Positions 34,538 through 46,074 of a stretch of 64,000 nucleotides of DNA are shown here, one piece after another (within the stretch, counting starts at the first letter, position 1; each line of letters opens with the position of its first letter). The notes beneath the pieces were generated by a model. The model had not been told where the DNA came from. It was given only the letters and a program-made list of their open reading frames with translations, and searched no databases. Source of the stretch: Mobula hypostoma (Eukaryota). The stretch spans positions 94,676,001-94,740,000 of the forward strand of contig NC_086108.1 in NCBI RefSeq assembly GCF_963921235.1. The letters are read 5' to 3'. The position numbers and the translations under genes were made by a program.

Positions 34538-35809
34538 GGATAGATAAAGGGGATGCAGTGGATGTTGTATATTTGGACTTTCAGAAGGGCTTTGACAAAG
34601 TGCCTCACATGAGGCTGCTTACCAAGTTAAGAGCCCATGGTATTACAGGAAAATTACTAACATGGTTAGAGTATTGGCTGATTGGTAGGAGGCAGCGAGT
34701 GGGAATATAAGGATCCTTTCCTGGTTGGCTGAAGTGACTAGTGGTGTTCCGCAGGGGTCGGTGTTGGGACCGCTTCTTTTTATGCTGTGTATCAATGATT
34801 TAAATAATGGAATAGATTGTTTTGCTGCCAAGTTTGCAGATGATACGAAGATTGGTGGAGGGGCAGGTAATGTTGAGGAAACAGGTATGATGCAGAAAGA
34901 CTTGGACAGATTAGGAGAATGGGCAAGAAAGTGGGAAATGAAACACAACGTTGGAAAATGCATGATCATACACTTTGGTAGTAGAAATAAATGTCCAGAC
35001 TATTTTCTAAATGGGGAGGAAATCCAGGAATCTGAGATGCAAAGGGACTTGGGAGTCCTTGTGCAGAATACCCTAAAGATTAACTTGCAGGTTGAGTTGG
35101 TAGTGAGGAAGGCAAATGCAATGTTAGCATTCGTTTCAAGAGGTCTAGAATACAAGAGCAAGGCTATGATGCTGAGGCTTTATAAGGCACTGGTGAGGCC
35201 GCACCTTGAGTATTGTCAACAGTTTTGGGGCCCTCATCTTAGGAAAGATGTGCTGGGATTGGAGAGCATCCAGAGGAGGTTCACAAGGATGATTCCACGA
35301 ATGAAAGGGTTATCAACGGAGGAACGTTTGATAGCTCTGGGTCTGTGCTCACTGGAATTCAGAAGGATGAGGGGGGAACTCATTGAAGCCTTTCAAATGT
35401 TGAAAGGCCTAGACAGAGTAGATGTGGAAAGAATGTTTCCCATGGTGGGAGAGCCTAGGACAAGAGGGCACAGCCTCAGGATAGAGGGGCGTCCTTTCAA
35501 AACAGAGATGTGGAGAAATTTCTTTTGCCAAAGGATGGTCAATTTGTGGAATTTGTTGCCATATGCAGCTGTGGAGGCCAGGTCATTGGGCGTATTTAAG
35601 GTAGAGATTTATAGGTTTTTGATTGGACATGGCATCTAAAGTTACAGGGAGAAGGCTGGCTGGGAACTGTGGTTGAGGAGAAGATAAAACAAAAATCATC
35701 AGCCATGACTGAATGGCAGAGCAGACCCGATGGGCCAGATGGCCTAATTCTGCTCATATGTCTTATGGTCTAGGAAACTTCTTAATTATTATATGGCACA
35801 GTCATCAAT

Positions 35810-36325
35810 AGCAATTTTGTAACACTTGAAAACTTCTACAGATGTACCATAGAGAGCATTTTAACAGGCTTTTTTGTGACAGGCTGCATCTCCCTCTGGT
35901 ATGAGGCGATACTGCACAGGACCAAAAGAAGCTACAGAAAGTTGTAAAATTAGTCATCTCCATCTTGGGTAGACATCTTCAAGGAGTGGTGCCTCAGAAA
36001 GGCAGTGTTCATTATTGAGAGCCCCCATCACTCAGGACATGCCCTCTTCTCATTGCTACCATCGGGAAGGAGGTACAGGAATCTGAAAGGACACACTCAG
36101 CGATTCAGGAACAGTTTCTTCCCCTCTGCCATCCAATTCCAAATGGACACTGAACCCATGAACACTGCCTCACTTTTTTTCCACTGGTTTTAAATTAACT
36201 ATTTAATATACATATATGTACTTACTTTTTGATTTACTTGTTTTACTACGTTATCGTGTGTTGCATTTTACAGCTGCCTCTAAGTCGCAACATACGCCGG
36301 TGATATTAAACCTGATTCTGATTCA
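35810..36325 (+). mobile_element. Rex1 3' fragment
   Basis: NFYRCTIESILTG, GHALFSLLPSGRRYR, RFRNSFFPSAI; (TGATTC)n tail. Confidence 0.85.
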
Positions 36326-36379
36326 TTAAGGAAAAATGGTGCCAACTTCCAATAGGAATAGGAGTGTTTACTGGGAGAG

Positions 36380-36690
36380 ATTGAACTGAATTGAATTGAC
36401 TTTATTACTTCGATCCTTCATATACATGAGGAGTAAAAATCTTTACGTTACGTCTCCATCTAAATATGCAATTTATAGTAAATTACAATAAATATTATGT
36501 ACAACAGGAGAGTAAATATAACATAGAAATACAGTTGTGTCAGCGTGAGTTAATCAGTCTGATGGCCTGGTGGAAGAAGCTGTCCCAGAATGTTGGTCCT
36601 GGCTTTTATCCTGTGGTACCATTTCCCTGATGGTAACAGCTGGAACAGTCTGTTTTTGGGGTGACTCAGGTCCCTAATGATCCTTCAGAA
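36380..36690 (-). mobile_element. Rex1 3' end fragment
   Basis: (TTGAA)n tail, TTTATT, minus-strand DSFFHQAIRLIN. Confidence 0.75.
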
Positions 36691-37336
36691 TCAACGTGCT
36701 TCTGGAAAATCTACTGCATGGGGCTTAGATACACTAATATCAATACAGGATTTAATAAGCAAGGGAGGTGCCTGAAACAGACATTACTCTGAACTCATGG
36801 GAAGATATTACAAGGTAGACTGAAGAAAGAAATTATAAAATGTGTTCAAATTGCCTTAAAGAAATATATTGTCCCAAATGATCTATGGCAACATTAAAGT
36901 TTAAAATGCAGAAGATGATTTTGGCTTAGCAGGGGGAGAGAGAGCAGCGCGCTGTACATGCGCAGCCCTCCGGTGAAAAATGATATCGTATCCGTTAAAT
37001 AGGGGCTGTGGACAATTCTGATTTGATGGAGATGGACATGAAAGCACAGAGGAATATCTGGAGAAATTTCTGAAACGCTCGTTTGCTGCTGTTGTTACTG
37101 CATGGTCAGGAATTTTCCGGAGGGTAGGTCTCAAAATGCCTGGCTTTGTCTGCTGTTGGCAACCGAGATTGAGGTCGAATCACTTGGACAGAGATGGCGC
37201 TCAGTACTCGGTGTCGGAGAGCTGATTCGGAGGCTCGAAGTTTTCGGATGACGCAGAGACGGATTGTGGTCAGGCATCACACATAAAAGTTGCTGGTGAA
37301 CGCAGCAGGCCAGGCAGCATCTCTAGGAAGAGGCGC

Positions 37337-37372
37337 AGTCGACGTTTCAGGCCGAGACCCTTCGTCAGGACT
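37337..37372 (-). ncRNA. Minimal type-I hammerhead ribozyme, intact core
   Basis: Minus strand AGUC-CUGACGA-AGG-GUCUCGG-CCU-GAAA-CG-UC^GACU; predicted cut between 37341 and 37340. Confidence 0.87.
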
Positions 37373-37672
37373 AACTGAAGGAAGAGTGAGTAAGGGATTT
37401 GAAAGCTGGAGGGGGAGGGGGAGATGCAAAATGATAGGAGAAGACAGGAGGGGGAGGGATGGAGCCGAGAGCTGGACAGGTGATAGGCAAAAGGGATACG
37501 AGAGGATCATGGGACAGGAGGTCCGGGAAGAAAGACAAGGAGCGGGGGGGGGGGGACCCAGAGGATAGGCAAGGGGTATATTCAGAGGGACAGAGGGAGA
37601 AAAAGGAGAGTGAGAGAAAGAATGTGTGTATAAAAATAAGTAACAGATGGGGTACGAGGGGGAGGTGGGGCC

Positions 37673-38248
37673 TTAGCGGAAGTTAGAGAAGTCAATGTTC
37701 ATGCCATCAGGTGGGAGGCTACCCAGACGGAATATAAGGTGTTGTTCCTCCAACCTGAGTGTGGCTTCATCTTTACAGTAGAGGAGGCCGTGGATAGACA
37801 TGTCAGAATGGGAATGGGATGTGGAATTAAAATGTGTGGCCACTGGGAGATCCTGCTTTCTCTGGCGGACAGAGCGTAGGTGTTCAGCAAAGCGGTCTCC
37901 CAGTCTGCGTCGGGTCTCGCCAATATATAAAAGGCCACATCGGGAGCACCGGACGCAGTATATCACCCCAGCCGACTCACAGGTGGAGTGTTGCCTCACC
38001 TGGAAGGACTGTTTGGGGCCCTGAATGGTGGTAAGGGAGGAAGTGTAAGGGCATGTGTAGCACTTGTTCCGCTTACAGGGATAAGTGCCAGGAGGGAGAT
38101 CAGTGGGGAGGGATGGGGGGGACGAATGGACAAGGGAGTTGCGTAGGGAGCGATCCCTGTGGAATACAGAGAGAGGCGGGGAGGGAAAGATGTGCTTAGT
38201 GGTGGGATCCCGTTGGAGGTGGCGGAAGTTACGGAGAATAATATGTTG
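37673..38248 (-). pseudogene. PLE ORF C-terminus: Cys-rich linker plus GIY-YIG endonuclease (open frame, no 5' end)
   Basis: Manual translation is open from QHIILRNFRHLQRDP through CKRNKCYTC and VIYCVRCSRCGLLYIGETRRRLGDRFAEH to GMNIDFSNFR*. Confidence 0.92.
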
Positions 38249-39564
38249 GACCCTAAATATAATATGTTGTGGTCAGGCATGGCAGGGAGAGTTTTTCTTC
38301 CTTCTCCCGCGTGCGTGAGATGTGGGACATTTGAGAGACTTTGAACTTTTACTGTGCTCATGAACTTCTTCATCAAGTTATGGTATTGTTGCACTGTTGT
38401 AACTATATGTTATAATTATGTGGTTTTGTCAGTTTTTTCAGTCTTGGTTTGTCCTGTGTTTTGTGATGTCACACTGGAGGAAATATTGTATCATTTCTTA
38501 ATGCATGCATTACTAAATGACAATAAAAGAGGACTGTGTGCCTTCATAATCTAATCTAATCTAAAACATCAGGAACACACAAAAGCCTCGCATAAGTAAC
38601 AGAAGCCACCCATCCATTTTCCCCGTCAGGTATATCCAGATTGGTGGAAGAGTTCTGCATCAGAACCCACTAAACCAGAGGGGAAACAAGTTCCAAACAG
38701 CAGACTAAGGAGGGAATGGATTTTTACAAATTACAACTCAAACATTCCCTAATTCAAAACATTCACTGTATATAAACATAATCTGACTCATACTGTAGAG
38801 CAACACCAGCCCTAGACCTTTTGTTATAAAAAATTGTGACAAAGACTTTGAGAGGAAAGATAGAAATGAGATCTGGCTTAACAGCTTTTTCCAAGACTTA
38901 TATTATCAAAGCCCTAAATGCTCATGAGAGTCATGTGGAAAAAACAATCAAGATGATCTCAAATCCAAATCACAATCCTGCTTGAGCCTTTATTTTGACA
39001 AGAATAAATTAGTGAAAATAAACTAAAAATCAGCATCTCCAAATATTTTACTAAACAGCAAGGAACCATTCGGAGAAGAAATACAGGATTCAATAAGACA
39101 CTCCTGTGCTTTATTGGTTAAAACAAAAATCTTTACACTTGTGTTTAATATTTTACACTTTTTACTTTCCATGCCATTCTTTGTCATTGGAACAATAATT
39201 CTTTGCTGAATCATGAATCTATTACCCTGCCCATAATTCAACTAGTTGGTTACAGAGCGTTGGCTATTCTGCTGAAAGGCTATCATAACAGAATTTCTGA
39301 TATCAGGCATCCCCAGTATGCAGCTCTGCCACTACATAGTTTTCTCATGTATATCTCCTAAATCTACGGAGGGAGTCTAGTCTTTTCTGGTTTTGATAAT
39401 TCAGATACTTGGTGAACTGCTGTCTCTAGGGAAGTGTATACATGATAAACTGGAAGTTGAATAGCAGAAGCATTATTATTTCAACAGATGTGGTCACAGA
39501 AATTCAGAGAATGTTGAAATATTATGTCATAATGGTTTCAATGAAATTTTTGCATGGAGTAGTA

Positions 39565-41330
39565 TATAATGCTTTATACTTTATTGTCGCCAAACAATTG
39601 ATACTAGAGCGTACAATCATCAGGGCGATATTTGATTCTGCTCTCCGTGCTCCCTGGAGTACAAATCAAAAGTAAATATTAAAAATTTAAATTATAAATC
39701 ATAAATAGAAAATAGAAAAGGAAAAGTAAGGTAGTGCAAAAAAAGCGAGAGGCAGGTCCGGATATTTGGAGGGTATGGCCCAGATCCAGGTCAGGATCCG
39801 TTCAGCAGTCTTATCACAGTTGGAAAGAAGCTGCTCCCAAATCTGGCCATATGAGTCTTCAAGCTCCTGAGCCTTCTCCTGGAGGGAAGAGGGACGAAAA
39901 GTGTGTTGGCTGGGTGGGTCGGGTCCTTGATTATCCTGGCAGCACCGCTCCGACAGTGTGCGGTGTAAAGTGAGTCCACGGACGGAAGATTGTTTTGTGT
40001 GATGCCGCGCCGTGTTCACGATCTTCTGCAGCTTCTTTTGGTCTTGGACAGGACAACTTCCATACCAGGTTGTGATGCACCCTAGAAGAATGCTTTCTAC
40101 GGTGCATCTATAAAAATTAGTGAGGGTTTTAAGGGACAGGCCAAATTTCCTTAGCTTCCTCAGGAAGTAAAGACGCTGGTGGGCCTTCTTGGCAGTGGAC
40201 TCTGCTTGGTTGGACCAAGTCAGGACATTTGTGATATTGACCCCGAGGAACTTAAAGCTTTTGACCTGTTCCACTGAGCGCACCACTGATGTAAATGAGG
40301 TCATGTGGTCCACTACTCCTTCTGAAGTCAACAACCAATTCCTTCGTCTTGCTGACATTGAGGGATAGGTTATTGTCTTTGCACCATGCCACCAGGTACT
40401 TAATTTCCTCTCTGTACTCAAACTCATCATTACCCGAGATATGGCCTACAATTGTGGTGTCATCAGCAAACTTATATATTGAGTTTGATGGAAACTTGGC
40501 TACACAATCATGGTGTACAGTGAGTACAGCAGGGGGCTAAGTACACAAGCCTTGTGGGGCACCGATGCTCAGAGTGATCGTAGAGGAGAGCTTGTCCCCT
40601 ATTTTTTTTTTACAGCCTGGGTCCTGTCTGTGAGGAAACTGAAGACCCAGCTGCAGATCTGAGTGCTAAGGCCCAGGTTCCGGAGCTTAGGAATCAGTTT
40701 ATTTGGAATGATGGTATTAAAGGCAGAGCTGTAGTCAATGAAAATGAGACTTGCATATGTGTCTTTATTCTCCAGGTGTTCTAAGGAGGAATGTAGGGCT
40801 AGAGAGACGCATCTGCCATTGACCTGTTGCTCCGGTAGGCGAATTGCAAAGCATCGAGGTTGACCGATAGGCTGTGGTTGATGTGTGCCATAACCAATCA
40901 CTCGAAGCACTTCATAGCAGTTGATGTCAGACCCACAGGTCAATAGTCATTCAGGCATGCCACCTTGCTCTTCTTCGGCACCGAGGTTATCGTTGCCTTC
41001 TTAAAACACGAGGGGATCTTAGACTGAAGCAAGGAGCAGTTGAAGATGTCAGCAAACACTCCAGCTAGCTCACTTGCACAGGCCCAGAGAACCCATCCCG
41101 GGACGCCATCTGGGCCTGTCGCCTTCCTTAGATTTATCTTCAGGAAGGCCCTTCTAATGTCCTCCTCGGTGACGATGAATCTCGATGCCACCAGGTCCGG
41201 TTCATCCGGAGGGAGTGGAATGCTCCTCTTCTGTTCGAATCTTGCGTAGAATAAATTAAGTTCGTCAGGAAGAGAAGTGCCACAGTTATTGATATTCCCA
41301 GCCTTTTCTTTGCGCCCAGTAGTCTCATTA
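39565..41330 (-). mobile_element. Rex1 LINE, 5'-truncated, frameshifted
   Basis: KATGPDGVPG, LIFIDYSSAFNTI, KFADDTT, QRLYFLRKLRKF, SFFPTVIRLLN. Confidence 0.95.
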
Positions 41331-41396
41331 GAAGTGCATTTCCTACCCTGTTAATAATGCTAATTTCAGTTCCTGGCATTGGGTACAATAAAAGTA

Positions 41397-41924
41397 CACT
41401 CAGTGGCCGCTTCATTAGGTACATCTGTACACCTGCTCGTTAATGCAATTAACTAATCAGCCAATCATGTGGCAGCAACTCAATGCATAAAAGCATGCAG
41501 ACATGGTCAAGAGGTTCAGTTGTTGTTCAGACCAAACATCAGAAAGGGGAAGAAATGACTTGAATCGTGGATTGATTGTTGGTGCCAGAGTATCTCAAAA
41601 ACTGTTGATCTCCTGGGATTTTCACATATATAAGTCTCTGAAGTTTACAGAGAATGGTATGAGAAACAAAAAAAAACATCCAGTGCCAGTTCTGTGAGCG
41701 AAAATGGCTTGTTAATGAGAGGTCAGAGGAGAATGGCCAGACTGGTTCAAGCTGACAGGAAGGTGAGAGTAACTCAAATAACCACATGTTACAGCGTGGT
41801 ATGCAGAAGAGCATCCCTGAATGCACAATGCATCGAACCTTTAAGGGCTACAGAGAGCAAAAGACCACGAACGTACACTCCAGTAACCACTTTATTAGGT
41901 TCCTAATAAAGTGGCCACTGAGTA
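41397..41924 (+). mobile_element. Non-autonomous Tc1-like element
   Basis: TIR CACTCAGTGGCC.CTT.ATTAGG at both ends with TA flanks; HTH remnant RG.IVGAR...LLGFS; extra TIR copy at 41874-41900. Confidence 0.9.
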
Positions 41925-42597
41925 TATTTGTACAGAGAATGAGAAAGAAGGTTTCATGATTATGTGAATTAAACAGTGTCATCTGTACCTAGAATACCTT
42001 TAATATGCTGAAACAATGGGATTGTGCAACATTATAAATTATATAACAATGAATGAGAAATCCAAGGTTGTGTACTTTGGTATTGATAGTAAACATTTTC
42101 TCCATTTAAGGTGCCACCACAATAGATTGATCTATAACTTACATACAGGGAATTATTGAAAAAGTATTGAACTTACTCTGTGTAATTTACAGTACATAAT
42201 GAGATAGATTATAATTTTGACAGCAGGCCAACTCCTACTGTTTGGTTGTAACTGAGACAAATAGACATAAGTTTAGTAACAAGTTACAGTTCTGCACACG
42301 CAGCTGAAGTCAAGGAAGTGGATCAGGAAAGGGGAAATAAGGGCGACAAGGGCAAACATTGGAAAGAGCCAGGTGCAATCAGGATTTGATGGACACGAGT
42401 GACAAAATACTCCTTTTAACAGTCACTGTGAATTCAGAATGACTTCCTATGCTGTTTCCTCAAAAAAAAATCATGTTTTTCCCTGATCTGTTTTTTTTTA
42501 AAAAGCGAGAAAACAACGCCACATGCCTGCCTTACAATTGTCAATGTTCAATAAAATTTGAAGGATATATGGCCCACAGCAAAACATTACTCTAGAG

Positions 42598-42662
42598 CAG
42601 GGGTTAACAACGTTTTTTTATGCCACAGACCCATACCAGTAAGCAAGTAATCTGTGGACCAG
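42598..42662. mobile_element. hAT MITE fragment
   Basis: CTAGAG|CAGGGGTTAACAACGTTTTTTTATGCCACAGACC resembles a hAT TIR and target; no second TIR. Confidence 0.5.
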
Positions 42663-42779
42663 AGCCTGCATCGTCCTGACATATTACATAATAAAGTAAA
42701 AGATATTTTTACTTAATTTAGCTCTTTCGTCTAAAAAGCTGGATGACAGATCTACGCAGGAAGCTGACATCAGTATTAA

Positions 42780-44462
42780 TGTAAGGGGTTTCTTCTTTTA
42801 TGTTATTGCTAAGGCTAATAAAATGGCTTCTTAGTTATGCTAAAAATAAAATGGCTTCTCTGTGATGTTAACTGCTGAGACAGCGGTTCTCTCTCTAGCA
42901 GCTTGTTTGGGTTATAATTACCGACAACGAGAATTGTATTCATTTGCTAACCAATTGGGATAGATGTTATTCTTTCTTATGTGTCTGTAAGCTATTGTTT
43001 TCATGGACTTTGGGCAGAAAGCAGATGGGGACAGAGAGAGGAGACACGATGCTGTAAGCTGGGCGACGGATTGGACCCCAAGCGGGAGTCTGAGGCCCAG
43101 GGTCTTTGGTGAGGAGAGGAGACACGGACAGACTCGAGTAGAGCGTTTGGTCAATCACGGAGGGTGGTCCCATTCGTGGGCCGGCAGAGTTCGGAGGACA
43201 TCAACTGGAGGAAGGGAGACCCGGTTCTGTAAGAGCTCCAACGATGTGTGCATGAACTGGTTAATAATAATGGCGCCTTTTTTCTTTTTTTTAAAACAGT
43301 TAAACAGTTCTTATTTTGTTCCTTTACTATCTACATAGTGTTACGTACCCCCGTAACTGGGTTGCCAAACCAGCAGAAATGGATCACTCAGTTGGAGTCT
43401 GGATTACTGGAACTAAGGAAGTTTTATTAAAGAAATAAGCAACACAGTACTCTAATCAAAAGGATAATAAATGCAACAGTTCAGCAATGATAAACGCACA
43501 TGTACACAGAACTAGGATAATAGGATCAATCAAGCTCTATCGTCGTCTAGGGGTAAATGACCAGTTTCAAAGTGACACAAAGTTCAGTTCAATTGAGTTC
43601 AGTTCAGTTCACAGTAATCACTGCCGTGCCGGTGGACGGGGGGGGGGGGGGTGGAAGGAGAGAGAGGGCGAAAGCGAATGAATATTCAAAATCGGATTCC
43701 AAACAGACCTTTGGTATTCCTCACAGTCAGCTTTCGGGCGAGCCCTTTGTAATGTCTTCTGAGGTCACCAACTGTGACCCCTCCGTTTCAGATACGATCG
43801 TTCCTCGGCGGTGAACCCGGCACCCAGGCAAGGGCGGACACACACCAGGTTCCCGCCGATCGTACCTTTCCACCCTGTGCGTCTCTGGCTTGGTCCCGCG
43901 TCAGCCCTCCAAAAACTCCCACCAACTTGTGGGAGGCGCACCGCTTCCAGGGTCTCGTTACCTCGTGGTGTCGTGTGTGTCCTGCCTTAGCAAACCTGTC
44001 CCTTTTTATCCCCCTGCTGGGGTATCGCCTGTCCATCACACTTCAAACAGTTCAGGGTTCAAAAAGGAGCCGATCTTGACAGTTCTCAGACCGGTGTCTC
44101 CTTCCGTTAAACTCTCTCGTCTCTTCATTAACATTTCCAAATGCTGCTCTATTGTCTTCCTTATCTCTCTTTCTCCTGAAGACAGGTGGCAGACCAACTG
44201 CTGATCCCACTGGTGCCAGCACAGGACAGTTAACATCTTAGTCTATGTGTACTTTTTGTAACCCTCTTTCGTCACAATAGTCAAAGTAAGAGTTAGAAAG
44301 CGTAATCATTTAATCGCATATGGTGTACTATCTGTTATTTGGCGTGGTGGGGTACATCACACAGCATCTATACAAACTTGATTACCCAGTTTGGTGGGGC
44401 CGAAGTCTGCTCCCCCTAGACGAAAGCGAGCTGAGTGAGCCTGAGGCTTACCGGGGGCTGCA
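42780..44462. mobile_element. Solo LTR (~740 bp) split by a second LTR (pieces 42780-43338 and 44281-44462)
   Basis: TGTAAGGGG...GGGGCTGCA ends; TAAT on both flanks but overlapping the first T, so the TSD is ambiguous; CCAAT box; CpG-rich middle. Confidence 0.65.
43339..44276 (-). mobile_element. Solo LTR, 938 bp
   Basis: TGTTACG...CGTCACA termini (6/7 inverted match), perfect 4-bp TSD ATAG; minus-strand TATA-like GATAAAAA near 44005 and AATAAA near 43425. Confidence 0.9.
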
Positions 44463-44520
44463 TAATTAAATAGTAGAACCTATTATTAAAGAATTAGTAA
44501 CAGGGTAGTTGGAAAATAAT

Positions 44521-44562
44521 CACAAACAAGAGAAAAATCTGCAGATGCTGGAAAGCCAAGCA

Positions 44563-44599
<37 letters not shown>

Positions 44600-44742
44600 A
44601 AATACTGGAGGAACTTAGCAGGCCAGGCAGCATCTGTGGAAGAGAGTACAGTTGATGTTTTGGGCCGGGACTCTTCATCAGGACTGGAGAGAAAAAGAAG
44701 ATGAAGAGTCCGAGTAAGAAGGTAGGGGGAAGGGAGGAAGAT
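44521..44742 (-). mobile_element. PLE pseudo-LTR with (CT)n(CA)n microsatellite and decayed hammerhead
   Basis: AAATCTGCAGATGCTGGAAA...CAAAATACTGGAGGAAC...; minus-strand core CTGATGAAGAG...CCCAAAACATCAAC. Confidence 0.85.
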
Positions 44743-45058
44743 AAGTAACAGGACTGGGTTAAGTCAACATGGATGAATGAAAATAGCAGAGTAGTAGATG
44801 AAGTGTATTTGGACCTTCAATAAGGTGGCATACAAGAGGTTATTAAACAAAATGGCAGCATGTGGGACAAGGGGTCACAGTCTCAAAATGAAGATTGGCC
44901 ATTCATAATTGACACGGGAAATGAACCTTAGGAATTCTCAACCCAAAGGAGCTTAGAGACTTGGTTGCTGTGCATATTCAAGACAGAGATCCGTAGATTT
45001 CCAAACATATCACTGGAGCAGGTAAGTGATAGTAACATAAATGGTTAATTATGATCTT

Positions 45059-45479
45059 CATTTTAAAAATCATTTTATTGTAATCTTCTACAGCTTTAAA
45101 ATAGTACAAGATTACAACTAATTAATATATATAGTTAATAAAGCTGAAGAAAAAAACTTATCAAAAAAGAATAATATAATGAAAAAAAAATTTATAAAGG
45201 AAAAAGAGAACCCCAACTACTAAAAGAGAAAAAAACCCCAGTAACTACAAGAGAAAGAAAAGGGAAAAAGAAGAAAAAAGAGAGAAAAAAACCCATTAGG
45301 AACCAACTCCCAAAGCAATATGACCTACAATCATCTATATAAATAAAGAAAAATCATCAACCGCCAATTCACATTTATATAAAATAAGATTGGAAGGAAA
45401 CCATATAAATTAATTCAAATTAAATGATAATATTTGGCAAAATAGCCCCATCTTCTCTCAAAATCAAATCGAGGATCAG
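45059..45479 (-). mobile_element. L1-clade LINE 3' end inserted in an old CR1 3' UTR
   Basis: Minus strand DPRFDFERRWGYFAKYYHLI* then T-rich UTR, AATAAA and A-rich end; TSD TTATGATCTT (45049-45058, 45480-45489). Confidence 0.7.
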
Positions 45480-46074
45480 TTATGATCTTATTGAATGGTG
45501 GAGCAGGTACAGGAGCCCAAATGGTTTACTGTTGCTACTATACGATCTTATGCTAGTACTATCTCTCAGTATTAAGTGGAGGAAGCACATGTATGAGACA
45601 AAGCAAACCTTAAAATCTATAGAAATAAGCTTACTGTTCTTCCAGTAAATTAAAGTCTCAAACTTCCATAACATGCTTTAAATATTAAAATATAATGAAA
45701 AGTAAATAATTATTTGATTATGAAATGGGACAACTTCAATTGTGCTGTGTGTTCTTTAATAAGAAACGAAAAAAAAAAGAAAATTAAAATAACTGATTAG
45801 AAAAATCTGAAAAATATGCACAAAGTAGGTCAAACGTACAGTAAGAATCATTAAGGACATGGATGACTAAAGGTCAAAGACCAGTATGTTAAATTAATGA
45901 TTTAATATGGTGATTTATAGAGTCTTATAGCACGGAAATAAGCGCTTCAGCCCAACCTGTACATGCCAACTGTGTTACCCAGCAAGCTAGTCCCATCTGT
46001 TCCCATTTTGATAGCAGTACAGTAAACTTCTCCAATCCATGTACTTACCTCTGCGACTTTTTAAACATTGCTAA

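Larger units (their letters stand above)
31332..35772 (+). mobile_element. CR1 LINE split by a hAT element (pieces 31332-32335 and 34538-35772)
   Basis: ...FFEEITSRID stops at 32335 and resumes [16 protein letters not shown] at 34538; 304-aa ORF 34725-35639; TCTTATGG tail. Confidence 0.95.
37278..38266 (-). mobile_element. Young Neptune-type Penelope-like element, 5'-truncated
   Basis: 14-bp TSD TTGTGGTCAGGCAT (37264-37277, 38267-38280); intact GIY-YIG frame and intact hammerhead. Confidence 0.96.
36910..38563 (+). mobile_element. Non-coding CpG-rich retroposon with AATAAA and (TCTAA)n tail, split by a PLE (pieces ~36910-37277 and 38267-38563)
   Basis: Continuity across the 14-bp TSD; LINE-like tail at 38520-38563; no recognisable ORF or Pol III boxes. 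Confidence 0.55.
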
